Source: Paraspadella gotoi
Lineage: Eukaryota; Animalia; Chaetognatha
Length of the DNA: 64,000 bases
Reading direction: 5' to 3'
Assembly (NCBI GenBank): GCA_051294375.1
Contig: CM119265.1
Span: forward strand, 3,851,025-3,915,024
The number at the start of each line of letters is the position of its first letter. The first letter of the stretch is position 1. The notes under the pieces were generated by a model. That model made no database searches, had not been told where the DNA came from, and saw only the letters and a program-made list of their open reading frames with translations. Both the position numbers and the translations under genes were made by a program. This document shows positions 21,044 through 37,600 of the stretch, piece after piece.

Positions 21044-24000
21044 TCACTTCAAGCACAACTTGGACGCCCGCATCTTCCCATTCTCTTCCACCACGTACCA
21101 CCTTTTATCGTCGCCCACCAAATAGTTGACACCTTCCCACTTCATCGCCGCCTGTACGAAGGTGAAGGCGAAGCTGGGCCAGACGCAGTTGGGCCCCGCG
21201 CCGGCGCAGCGACGCGCGAAATCCAGCGGCAGCGAAGTGACGCCGTCGTATTCGAACCTGTGAGAAAGGATGTTTAAAATGTTAAAAAATGTTGGGATGC
21301 GTTTATTTACAGCAAGGAATAGTAGTCGGGGATATAAACAATTGCATTACGCTGCTTTGTATAAGAATTGCAATTATAAAAGCTCATTCATTGCAATTAT
21401 AAAAGATTTTCGTCAACTGACTTTCATAAGTTAATTTTTAAGCGTTCAAAAATTGTTTCCATGTTTTTTATACAAGTAGCAGCTGCTATCCATCAATGTG
21501 TATTATTATTCTGGTTGGTGCTTTTACTAAATCCGCCAGGATGTGGGCACACCCTCAAGACCTGTCCAGTATCCAAAGTCAGAGAAAAATACCTTATTTA
21601 TTGAAAATATAAAATATTTTTAAATTTTTTATATCTTATGTACATAAGATATAAACAATTTAAAAATATTTTATATATATATAGATATTTATATTGTATA
21701 GTTTGCTATATCAAACAAACTAAACAGATTCACCGACTCACCATCTATTTCCGGCTACAAAGACGATGGCCTCGTTAAATGCCGGAAAAGCGGCGTCGAT
21801 TTTTTTGACGTCATCCGGAAGACCCAAGGCTTGGATGGGAAGGGGAGCCGGATCCATGAAGGCCATGACGCCGTAAAAAGGGCCGGACGGATAGCGCCGA
21901 TATCTGGGGAGAGGGAAAGAGTTATTTAGTAAATATTTTATTAAATTTTATTAATTTACTTTAAATTGACCAACGGAAGAATGAAAAAAAGCAATGAAAG
22001 GAAAGAGCGGCTATATTGTAGATTGCTCAGAGATGTGAGACAAACATTTTTAGCTAATGCGTAAAAATCTTATTTGCATGCTGTAGTTTTTTCGAAGTGC
22101 GTGATTTATGCGGAAACATGTTGATGAAATTTACTGAGCCAATCTAAAGATTTCTACATTAACCATGACTTATATTGTAGCCCAGAAAAAGAAACTTCTA
22201 CAATTGCAAAGAGGCTTTTTACTTTGTTGGAGAAATCGTATTTGGATATTAGCCAATGGAATGGAGTTTATTATTAAATTCTAATGGCGAACTCACCCGG
22301 AAAATTCTCTATCTAACATTTCCCGTGGTTAGAATCTAACTTAGATATGTACTTAAATTATGGCTCATTTTGTAGCCCGCCGTCTGGCATTTTTAAAATC
22401 GATCAATTTTTATGTAATTCTAGTAAGTCTATTATGTTCTTTTTGCCTCAAGGAACTCATTAAATTTGTCGATCAACTTTTGATTTTTTACCTTTTAATG
22501 TTTCACATTGTCATAACCAATCAAAACTTAATTTTAAGTACTTATTAATCATCAGAAAAAATTGGAAAATTATTGATGAAGTTGATGATGTTTCAAGTTT
22601 CAAGTTTCACTAAATAAAAAAGACTCAAAAATAAAATGCCAAACCGAGACCTTCAAAACCGACTATCATTAATCTTTGTAAATTTTACGGTTGCATAGAT
22701 ACTGTCACGAAATGTTACAAATGAAAATCACATTTTTATTAATGGTTCCATTTTAAACGTCTTTTTTTAAACTTTTTAACGTAAAATTCAACATTTGGGT
22801 TTCCCCTTTCCGAAAACCAAAGTTTAAACTTTTCCTTCCGTTTTTCAGTGAATCGTAAAATCCACCATCACTTTCACCGACAGCCCCCCCCCCTTCGTCA
22901 CCTCTGAACGTATCCCCCGCTGAAGATATAAGTTATGCCCCAAAAGGCCGTCGTAGTCGCGTCCACCCGCGACGGCACGTAAGGAAAGAGGCGCCAGGCG
23001 GCCTGGGGCGTGGCCGAGGCGGCGCCGTCCGGCGTCATGGCGGCAACGGCGCCGTCTTTGAAGCCGTAGATGAAACCGTCGACGCCGACGTCGAGGGCGT
23101 CGTAGTCCATTTTGCAGAAGAAGTCGATTTGAAGGGAATCGACGGAGGGTTTGGTGGAAGCGGAGGGGGAAGGGGAGCTGGAAAAGGGTGGGCGGGGGGG
23201 ATTGTGGTGGGGAAAGGGAACGATTTGTTTATCTATTAATTCATTGATTAAATAATTAACTCATTTATTCATTCAGACATACATTCATTTATTCATTCAT
23301 TCATTGCTACAACCAATATAAAAATTATCCATTCATTTAATAAATAAGTTATCTTTCCCCTGATTTTGAACAGGCTTTGGTGGCTTAAGGCCTCCATCAC
23401 TCTTACAAGAAAATGACATAGTAGTTTCTCAGTCTTGTTTATTCACTCCCAGAGTACCTGTCTTCCCTATCAATGAAGTGGTATAATATTTCAAAGAATG
23501 TTTCAGTTGTATGAAAATACCACTCCCTTATTCATTCATTAATTCATTCATTCATTCATTCATTCATTAATTCATTCATTCATTCATTCATTCATTCATT
23601 CTGCGAAGATCTCTCCTTTGTCTTCACGCCCGCGGAGACGAACGTTCGTGTTTTCACCCGGACGAACTAATCAACTTAAGTTTCCNNNNNNNNNNCATTC
23701 TGCGAAGATCTTTCTTTGTCTTCAGGCCCGCGGAGACGAGCGTTCGTGATTTCACCCGGACGAACTTATCAACTTAAGTTTCCAAGAGAAAAGTCGCAAA
23801 TAAAATAATGAGTCTTTATTGAACACGAAATAATTCCTGGAGAAACTCGTAAATACGGAGTTTCTTCCGGGCGAAACAGTTTTTGTGAGATTTCAAGCGA
23901 AACTAACTACGATCAAAAAATCTCTCTGAAAATTGAGGCGGGAGACGACTGCCCGTGAAAATTTGACCATAAAATGAATTGGCCTTAGCGAGGCAAAATA

Positions 24001-26346
24001 TCTTTAACACATTCATTTATAAATTAAGTATGTCTGTAATTCATTCATTCATTTAGTAGATCAGTCATTCATTCGATTATTATGTCATTCACATACTTTC
24101 ATCTATTCATTCGTTCACTTCATTCATCGACCCACCCGGTGGTGAATTGGTTCGTCCGCGCTGTGTAGCCCCAAGATCTCGGCGACGTCTTTGAGGCTGA
24201 AGTCTTCGTTGTTATGACGTTGAATGGCGACTCGGGGGTCACGTGCCATCGCGGGTGGGCCGCGGACCCTTTGGTGGTCCCCTTTGAATGTTGGTGGTTT
24301 AAGGGGGGGGGACGAGGGGGTTTAAGGAGGTGGCACTCTTTTATTTTAATATAAATATCTAATTTTAATTTTTAACTCTTTATCCCAATCCCTAACCCTG
24401 ATAGTTCTAACCTATAACCTAATTTTTAATTCTTAATTCAATTTAAACTAATATTTTAATCAAATTAGATTTAACAATATTCAAATCTAAGCTATAATGT
24501 AGCACTTTTGGCAAATATAGGCATATAAATTTACAAATAATAAACATATAACTTTTTACTTTATTGTTTTTCCAGCCTCCTTTAGTCGTCGCCCACCATC
24601 CAACACCCTTGGTTGTTTCCACGTCGAATCGCTGCGGCGGCGGCGACGGCGGCGTCGCTGCGCCGCCGCCGCTGCCGTCGTCGACGTAGAACGACGGATA
24701 CAACTTGCGCACTCTGTCTCTGTCTCGTTGGGAGAGAGAGAAGAGAGGATCGAACTTTTTGGCGTAGGGCCACATGACCGAGTCGCGTTCGTCGGGGACG
24801 TGTTTGAATCTTGAAGGGGAAGTTGGGTTAGAGGAGGTTTCAGAGAAATTTAAGGGAAAGGGATATAAAGTGATTAACTTACAAATTTAACTAAATAAAC
24901 GCACGAGCATTACTTTCTTATATTTAAAAGTTCGTATTAGAAAGGTATCAGTTTGCCTATTCTCGGAACGACCTTCGGCCTTATCCCTCGTCACATTTCA
25001 AGCTCATAACACCCCTTCCTCACTTAATGAATTTTTTTTCTGAATTAATTGTGACTTACCTTTCCGTCCAACTAGACCAAACCTTACCCTCTTCCAATTC
25101 CCTTACAATTCCTTACCCCAAACTGTGTCCGATCTCGTGCGCCGCCAACTGCGTCAAATCGATTCCCTCGTCCGCATCCACCGTCCAATTTTCGTCGGCG
25201 TCGAAATGAACATCGCCGGAAGTGGAAGCGTAGAAGTCGTGCGGGCGGAAGGCGTGGGCAAGGACGCCGAGCGGGCCGTCGAAGGCCCACGCGTCGCCAT
25301 GGAAACCGGAAGAGAAGGAGAGGACGATGTCCGCGTCTGTCCCAGGCCAGAGGGGGGGGGGAAATTTGAGGGAAGAGTAAAGGCGGTTGATGGTTTAAGG
25401 GGAGTTTGTGGCGGAATATTCACACCGTCTCACGTCCGTCTCACGTCAAATCCATTGGTTCAGAGGGGGATTATATCATCCTAGGAGTAGTGTTCTATCC
25501 ACAGTCCTAACGACTTCCCTCTGCGTTGGCAAAGCGAGACCGTCCTAGGGTAACCGCGCCAGTGATTGGAGGCGTCACTGAGGGTCGGAAGCCCCCAAAG
25601 CCAACAGTGAGATGCCCCATCCCAATGGGCTTCACAGGCAACCCGGCTGTTGCCATAAGTTATGTATTTAAATTTGAAACAAATTTACATTTGTATTTTT
25701 ATTTATAAATATGTGAATTTGAGATGAGAAAGAAAAAAGTTATCAGTCGAGAAAATTAACCATAAAATTATCTCAGATAAATTTTATAATTTTAACCAAA
25801 ATATAGATTTATCCTCCTCTTTCCCTTAAACATTCTTTAGTCTTTACCCGCCTGATCCGGCGCCAGTCCTTCCATCCTCACAAAACGAAACGGCGTCGCG
25901 CTGCTCCAGATTGCGAAGGCGCGCCGAAAAGCGGCGTCGACCAGTTGGCTTGGTAGTCGTGGCGGATAAGACGCCACGCGGTAAGTGAGGCGCGGCGTCG
26001 TCCAGAGACGGTCCTTACCGGGAACGCCGGAGGGAACGCCGCCGGGAACGGCGACCAGGACGCGCGGAGATTCGACGGCGGAATCGGCGGCGTCATCGAC
26101 GCCGCATCGGGGCGTGGCGGCGTCGTGGGGAAAAGGGGCTACGAGGGAAAGTCGATGGATCGAGTCGACGGAATTGAGAGAGGAAGAGATTTCGGCGCCG
26201 CTTAGGACTGGAATCGACGACGCCGGTAAAAACACCGCCAGCAGAGCCAACAACGCCGTCAGGATGGAATCGCGAAAGAAATAGATCCGACGTCGAAGAT
26301 AAAGAGTTTTCGGCGTCGTCGTCTTCGTTTTTATCGTCGTCGACAT
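21044..26346 (-). CDS. Matrix metalloproteinase (M10A, matrixin) with hemopexin-like domain; 7 exons, 588 aa
   Basis: GT-AG exons with consistent phases: 25848-26346, 25117-25336, 24560-24809, 24136-24281, 22902-23177, 21742-21903, 21044-21257 (1767 nt). Hydrophobic signal-like stretch, cysteine switch PRCGVDD, HGD..FDG..GVLAHAF, GDVHFDADENWT, zinc motif HEIGHSLGFKH and Met-turn SVMWP. A Pro/Thr/Ser hinge leads to a Cys-bounded hemopexin region (YDAL, VDAT, IDAA, VQAA). Confidence 0.95.
25405..25660 (+). mobile_element. Structured dispersed element in MMP intron 1, made of modules also seen at 38955-39076 and 7034-7137
   Basis: Shares CCATTGGyTCAGAGGGG...ATCCACAGTCCTAACGACTTCC(C)TCTG...GACCGTCC with the 39-kb copy. 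Shares CGCCAGTGA..TCACTG...GTTGCCATAA with the 7-kb copy. Confidence 0.65.
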
Positions 26347-26655
26347 CGTCTTTGACAAAGTGAATTTTTGTAATCCAATAATATTTGCGACGCAAAATAC
26401 AAAGTAGGAAAACAAGAAAAGACGAGAGATTCTTAGTCTTATGTCTATTTACTTTCCCTTTTTTTCTTTTTACTCTTTTTTTCTTTTATTAGTTATTTTT
26501 CCTATTTTTTTTTCACTTTCCTTCTCCTAAATGAAGATGAACCGAAAAAAAAAATTTCACGGGAAAAAAAGACGAGTAAAGTTTTTCTTTTCAAATTCTC
26601 GCAAAAAAGGGAAAAAAAATCTTTTCCAGGCGAATGCGAGAAGAGGCCTGAAAAT

Positions 26656-26736
<81 letters not shown>

Positions 26737-26767
26737 GTTTTCACGGCACCTCTGGATTACGAAGATG

Positions 26768-30353
<3,586 letters not shown>

Positions 30354-31027
30354 NNNNNNNNNNNNNNNNNNNNNNNNNNNNNNNNNNNNNNNNNNNNNNN
30401 NNNNNNNNNNNNNNNNNNNNNNNNNNNNNNNNNNNNNNNNNNNNNNNNNNNNNNNNNNNNNNNNNNNNNNNNNNNNNNNNNNNNNNNNNNNNNNNNNNNN
30501 NNNNNNNNNNNNNNNNNNNNNNNNNNNNNNNNNNNNNNNNNNNNNTGCACGAGTGGCTGAACGCTTTGTTTTTGGACAGGGCAAAGAATGAATTTAAACT
30601 TTCGTCAAACTCGTATGATGAAAAGATTATTTTTAAAATTAGTTAAAGTTTGAAAAGAGAAGATAGAAAAAAAAAGGATATGAATGGACGAACAGATAAT
30701 TTATTTGTTTATTATTTTATTTATTGTACAAATGCCATACAAATAATGTGAATCACAAAAATATACGTGATGGAAATGAAATGAATTTTGATGTAATGAG
30801 AATAAGTTATGATAAGTGATAAGTGATAAGTGATAAGTGATTGTAAGTGTTGATAGGATTAAGTCATTAGAATAAGCAATATTGCATTGACCATCCTGCA
30901 CTCCGTCTATATCATCTTAAAAAAGGATGATAGAGAGGGAGTCAATGATTGACTCAACTGATTTTAATCGTCAGTAAAAATGAAAAATTTTCTCAGCGAA
31001 AAAAAACCGTGAATAATCGGTTGTTGT

Positions 31028-31380
31028 CATAAAGTCTCACAAAGAGAGTGAGCCTCTTTCATAAAGTCTCACAAAGAGAGTGAGCCTCTCTCATAAAGAC
31101 TCACAAAGAGAGTGAGCCTCTCTCATAAAGTCTCACAAAGAGAGTGAGCCTCTCTCATAAAGACTCACAAAGAGAGTGAGCCTCTCTCATAAAGTCTCAC
31201 AAAGAGAGTGAGCCTCTCTCATAAAGACTCACAAAGAGAGTGAGCCTCTCTCATAAAGTCTCACAAAGAGAGTGAGCCTCTCTCATAAAGACTCACAAAG
31301 AGAGTGACCCTCTCTTATAAAGACTCACAAAGAGTGTGAGCCTCTCTCATAAAGTCTCACAAAGAGAGTGAGCCACTCAC
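31028..31380. repeat. 32-bp minisatellite, 11 units
   Basis: Unit cataaagWctcacaaagagagtgagcctctct. W mostly alternates t/a, giving a 64-bp higher-order period. Confidence 0.95.
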
Positions 31381-31692
31381 GCAGTTCGGCGAAATGATCC
31401 AAAGGGCCACGCGGGTCATTTGAGTCTTTGGAACGAGCGAAGGAGGAAAAGGATCCTCACATCGAAGTCACGTTTTATGTGAGATGGGAATAGATATCGG
31501 TTGTAGATGGGAATAAATATCGGTTGTAGATGGTTACAGATGGGAATAGATATCGGTTCAGGATGGTTGTGGATGAAAAAAATCGGTTACAGATGATTGG
31601 AGTGGAAAAAAAATCAGGTTGCAGATGTAAAGTAAAGACGTAGGGTTCGAGATAAGTAAGGGATTAGGTAAAACGGGGCCCTGTTGTACAGA

Positions 31693-32050
31693 AACAAGTC
31701 TGAGCAAACAATTAGCGGTAATTAATTAATTAAATAATTAATACAAACTATATAAACTAAAATAATAATTTAATTAATAAATTAATTTGATCCGAAATGT
31801 TTGTTTTTAGGTCTTTTTGTCACTGACCACGACAAAAGCAACGACGACGATGATGACGATAAAGATTGACTTGATTGATTGATTAAATAATTAATTAATT
31901 TATAAATAAATTGGTTGATTGAAGAATTAATTAATAGATAACTAAATAAATTGATTGATTAAACAATTAATTGATTAATTAATTGACCGATTAATTAATT
32001 ATTTATTAAATAATTGATTAATTGATTAATTAACTGATTAATTATTTGAT
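31693..32050 (+). repeat. AT-rich dispersed repeat family
   Basis: Shares gagcaaacaa...tgatccgaaatgtttg...gtcactgaccacgacaaaagcaacgacg with ~9055-9440 and ~10315-10690. Confidence 0.7.
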
Positions 32051-32114
32051 TAACTTATGTTTCCCTTTAAATTCGATAAAGAGAAAGAAGAAAGAAAGAA
32101 AGAACGAAAGTAAA

Positions 32115-32147
<33 letters not shown>

Positions 32148-33921
32148 AGAAAGAAAAAGAAAAAGAAACAAGGGAACGGGTCATAATAATGTTGTTTGTT
32201 TTTTTATTTCTTTCTAATTTTTTTTTTTCTGTTTGCGCCAATTAGATTAATTAAAAAAAAAAAGAAAAAGAAAAAACAAAGAATTTTATGGAATTTGCCC
32301 ACAAAGTAAAGAGAAATTTCGAGGGAAAGCCGTAATTTTAAGCTGGTAATTCTTTATTCCGTATTCAGTTATTGCTCGGAAAATAAAAAAATCATATTAT
32401 TAGCTCGTTACAAAAAAAAATGTGGAAAGGAGAATGAGTGTTTAACTAATGCGTAAAAGAGTCTGTTCAAACTACTCTGTAGGTTTTCGTAAGACGCTTT
32501 TAAATGTTAATGAGTTTATGAAAATCACATAATCGGCGATGAAAAGCGAGTCACGTTTTGCGTAACGTGAAACAAATCAGTCGTATTTGATTTCGAAGCG
32601 GCTCACACTCTGCTTGGTGACCTTTCAATGGGAAGCGACAGCATTTTTTTGGCGATTTCAACAACGAAAGACGCAACTTCTCGAAAGAATGCATCTAACC
32701 TTTTTTGTCGAAACGGTTTCGCCGCGAATGATTGAACTTCGATATATGGTAAAGTTTTTGAAACTCTTGAAGGAGAAAAGTTAGAAGTACGAAAGAGAAA
32801 AGATCAACTTTTAACGCCGGGACCTAGTATTTATGTGGAGAAATTTATAATATTGTATTGGAGTTTGGGGAAAATGGCAATTGGTTGCCGGATTTTAATG
32901 ATTCTTATATATAAGAACAAAATATGTGCGAGACTCCGTCAATCATCAATCATACATGCCGCCATCTTGAAAACCATCACTTAATCTCATAGCTTGGACT
33001 TAACGAACTCATCCCTTTTTTCAACTCTTTCCCGTCTCTCCTTAGCCGGATACTTGTCGCTTCGGCGGAATGGGCGTGGCATCGCGCCGCGGCGAACTTC
33101 CGCCGACGCTGCCGTCGTAGTCGATCCGCCGACGCGATGCCCGGAATCCGTCGTGACGAGATCTTCGTCGTCCGTGAGATGGAGCAACGCCTTTCGCCGC
33201 GGCCCAGGGCGACGTCCTCTCAGAGTCACGTGCCATTTGAGGCGGCGGCGGAGGAGAGGAGGAAGAGGAGGAATGAGGGAGGTGTCTTTTGATTGAGAGA
33301 TCTGGTCGATGCTGATTGTGAGCGTATGTGAGGAAGGAGGAGGAGGGAGGAGAAGGGGATGGTTGGGAGTCTGCGGTGGGGGAGCTCGGCGAGGTGGGCC
33401 TGAGAGAAAAAGGGCGGGAAAAAAAAAGTTAGCCAACGGAATTTGGACGTGCAGACAAAATAGAAAATATTGTTGGAGAATGGCGAATCTATAGGATAAA
33501 AAAACAAGAGGAAAATTAAAAAAATAATTGTGGATCGACCCAAAAAAATTACACAAAATTTTAACTCTTTTTGTTTGAGTTTGAGATTCTATCATCAGCA
33601 TGGGAATTCATAACCGCGGCCGAGCAATAACGGATTAGAGACGGAATAGAAACGGATTAGCGACGGCATTTCCATCTCATTCTTAGACGAATCTCTCGAA
33701 ATAAGATTATCGCGTTTCTAAATATTCACCGGATGAATGTATTTTAAAATTTTATCAGAGCCTCTCGCTTTTTTGATTTTTTCACTGAGATAGACGTTGA
33801 GACTTTTTTTTCTCTCAAGTATTCAGGTCGTCATAAAAAATATTTCACAATAACATCTCTAATCGCAATTACACACCGCAACATCTTGCGGGGGCCTAAA
33901 TCATATCTCTCTCTCTCTCTC

Positions 33922-33953
<32 letters not shown>

Positions 33954-34309
33954 TCTCCTCTCTCTCTCATCTCTCTCTCTCTCTCCAATTCCACCCATGG
34001 GTGGGGTCGCGTCGGTAGGATTTCATCGAAAACAACGACGGGGATGCTCTCCTCTGCTCTCTCTCTCCTCTCTCTTCTCTCCTCTCTCTCTCTCTCTCTC
34101 AATCTCTCTCTCTTCTATCTCTATCTCTCTCTCTCTCTTTTCTTTTCTTTTTCTCTTTTTTTTTCTTTTCTCCTCGTTCTTATTTCTCTCCCCAAAAATA
34201 ATAAATAGGGGGGATACAGAGAAAAGGAGTTGGCCCGCGGGGTCAATGCAACTAGAGTGCTTACGCCCTGGGAGAGAGAGAGAGAGAGAGAGAGGTTAGA
34301 GAGAGAGAG

Positions 34310-34361
<52 letters not shown>

Positions 34362-34617
34362 GTGTGTGTTTGCGTGTGTGTGGTGGGTTTTGACTGTGTG
34401 TGCTCGCGTCTGTGTGATCGTTGAACGAAAAAAAATGGTTGGGGAATGAATTATTTTTAACAAATCAGAGGGGAACAAAAATTCGGGTCAAATGTGATAA
34501 AGAAAAGAATTAGAACTAAATGAAAAACAAAAAACGAAGTTAAAAGTTGTTCAATGTGAAGGAGAGAGAGAGGGAAAGAGAAAATGAGAGAGGGAGAGAG
34601 ATTAGAGAGAAGAGAGC

Positions 34618-34655
<38 letters not shown>

Positions 34656-37600
34656 AAGAGAGAGAGAGAGAGAGAGAGAGGAGAAGATGAGGAGAGAGAA
34701 GAGAGAGAGAGGGAAGAGAGATGAGAGAGATGGAGAGAAAGAGAGAGAGAGAGGGACAAGAGAAGAGAGAGGAGGCTGGTATTGATTAATTGTGAAGTGA
34801 TTAAAATCGCACCTGAAGGGAGAAGCGCGAGCGATGGCGGGATTTGAGAAAAAGGGCGGATGGAAGGGTTGGGGGTGTTGAGGAGGATGAAGTGTCACGA
34901 CGGTGTACGAGAAGTAATTCGCTTGGTAAGTGATGGGTAGTGATGGAAGTGAATGGATCCGTGATCCTTTTCTTGATGGGGGCTGTTATTTCATTTTTCG
35001 GTTAATAGAATGGCGTGAATTAGAGGCGATGAAGTGAGGTGGTGACTGAAGAGGTGATTGGTGGTGATGAATGCAGTGGGGATTTAGGCTGATTAAGTGA
35101 TAAATTAGGAATAGATTAGTTAAATAGTGAATTGAGGTCATGACTAAATGGCGAGTTGAGTCAAATGAGTTGATCAGGTGGCGAGTGGTGAATTTGGGTG
35201 ATGCCAAAGTGGTGATCGACTTAAATGACAAAAAGTGGTGATAGGTTTTCTTTTTTTTCTTTTCTTTTTTTTTCCGAAGGCCGGAAAATAGATTGCCCGA
35301 GTGCAAAAAAAATACATAAACTCAAGACGATCCATCGCCACCTCGAGAGAGGAGAGGAGAGAGAGAGAGAGAGAGAGAGCAGAGAGAGAGAGAGAGGAGA
35401 AAGAGAGAGAGAGAGAGAGAGAGATGAGAGAAGAGAGAGAGAAGTGATGAAACCGTAACGTCTGGGTCGTTCCTTCTTTCTTTCTTTCTCGCTCTCCTTT
35501 TTGAAATCTGATTTCGAAATCCGAAAGTTTATAAATTAATGTATTTTTGACTTAGACATCCCTAGAATAAATAGCTAACGTAACGATTACCAAAAGAAAA
35601 ATGAGGCGGAGAGTAAGGAGAGTGAGAGAGGAGAGAGAGACGGAAGAGAGAGAAGAGAGAGAGGGAACTAGCGAGTGTTACAGTCCTCTACCACGTTGAA
35701 ATAAATTCAACCTTGCCCCAGATATTTCAGAGAACCCTCGCTCTCTTTTACTTCGGAAACACCATTGTTATTTTTCTTTCCAAACAAAAGGTAATTGTCC
35801 AAAAATAGAAAAGTGGGAAAATGAAAGTTTTTTTGTTGGAAAGAAATAAAATGAGACGGAAAACCGGAATTTGGGAAAAAAGGTTTTTTGAGGTGAGAGA
35901 AACGCGGAAGGATTCCCATTGTCCTGCTCTCCTTCGCCTCAATTGTATCGCTTAATGTTTTTGATGGATAGCGACAGTCGGTCGAAAAAAGGAAAACAGA
36001 TTGAAAAAATAAAGAACAATAGATGTTAAGAGTCCTTCGTGATCGAAAAAGCTGGAAAAAAGAAAGAAAAAGAAAAGAAAAAGAAAACGCGATTTTTTTT
36101 AAAAAATCCTTTTTTAATTGTTGTTTTGGTATAACTGAACTAAATCGGAGCAAATGTGAACTAACTTTGAATTTGAAAGGCAAGATGCCCAGAAGTTTTT
36201 TTTACTAAGTCGAATAAGTAAAGACTTGTAAATTTCTTTATCACATTTAAACAGCATTTTTCATCATGGGCCTGAGAGCCTCCCAAAAAATTTGGGGCGG
36301 AGGAAAAAAAAAAAATCTTTTATAAAAGGCAGACGAGGCAGGTCCAAGGGTTTTTCTTATGAGAAAAAAAAAAAAGAACAAACGCTTTTATTCCCAATTT
36401 CGAGTTGGAACGAAAACTCGAATTTTGAAGGAGAAGAAAAATCTCGATCGATGAAAAGAAACTAATGTCGAAGATGATTTTTTTTTTTTCTGGAAGGGTT
36501 GGAGTGAGTGGGGGTGGGCGGTTTTGGGGGGAAGTTGCAGGGTGTAGTTGGGGGTAGTAGGGGTGGAGTTGGGGTGGAGTTGGGTTCGAGGAGAATGTAT
36601 GAGACAAATGACCTCAATCGTGCGAGTTTAACGGTTGTGTGTGTCTGAAGGTCGTCTGAGAAAGTTTGTGTTGGGTGTTGTGCAGAGCAATAAACGAAAA
36701 CATATTTTAAGGAATTCAGAGTATTATTTATTTAAGATAATATCCTTGAGATAAATAATTATCATTCCGTCCTTTCCGTCCACTCAACTATTCTCTATAA
36801 TTCATCGGTTCCGCTTCTCTGTATCTTTCCCTCTCTCCCTTTTCCCTCCTCGTTCTCGTCTCCATCCTCTCTCTCTCACTCAAACAAAGAATCAGCGCAG
36901 GAGATAACTTAAAGGTTTTCTGTCACGATGCTCAACCGCGGTGTCTTGAAAAAAAAAAAGAAAGAGAAGTACTCTTGGTTTCGCGACGAAAATCCTAATT
37001 TTGGATTCGTTTGTTCTTTTTTTGGCTCCGCGCTCATAATATTCGCTGGAAACTCCCGAGGCGCCTATCGGTTTTAGTAGATGAGGCGAAGAAGGCTTTC
37101 CGTTTGATGTATAAACGTGATGATGACATTTAAAAGAAAACCCATGGATGAGTTAGCGATGTATGCTGTATTTATTTTTATAAAACAATTAATGAATTAA
37201 TTATCACTGATTCTCAAGTTTAGCATCCACTATAAACTCAATACAACCACCGATTTCCCGCTAAGTTTTTAAAGCATCTTCCACCACGCCCACAAAACGA
37301 ACATTCACAACACAGATGCTTTTATTCTTCAAAGCTTCTACTTTTTTAATCCATAAAATAAAATTGAAATCTGAGAAACATTCGTACTATTTTTAATTTA
37401 AACGACAAGACTGAGAAATTGTAGCACGGGTTTAACGAAAAACAATAAAGTTTTTACGAATTCAACTCTCCGATTTGACAAATAAGGACATATAACGGAA
37501 TATAACTAGTGACCATCCACATTATTTTTTTGATATCTATCAAAATCAAAAACCTCTTAGTTTCGGGAAAAGTTAAAATGAGAGGTAATAATTATTTCTA

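Noticed and set aside
23780-23840. Hammerhead-like TAATGAGTC...CGAAA
   Set aside because: The core lacks CUGA, and stems I and III cannot be formed.
25450-25520. Group I intron R/S-like or RNase P CR-I-like words (GTTCAGAG...ACAGTCC; GGGAAGTC on the minus strand)
   Set aside because: P7 or P4 pairing cannot be formed, and the other conserved elements are absent.
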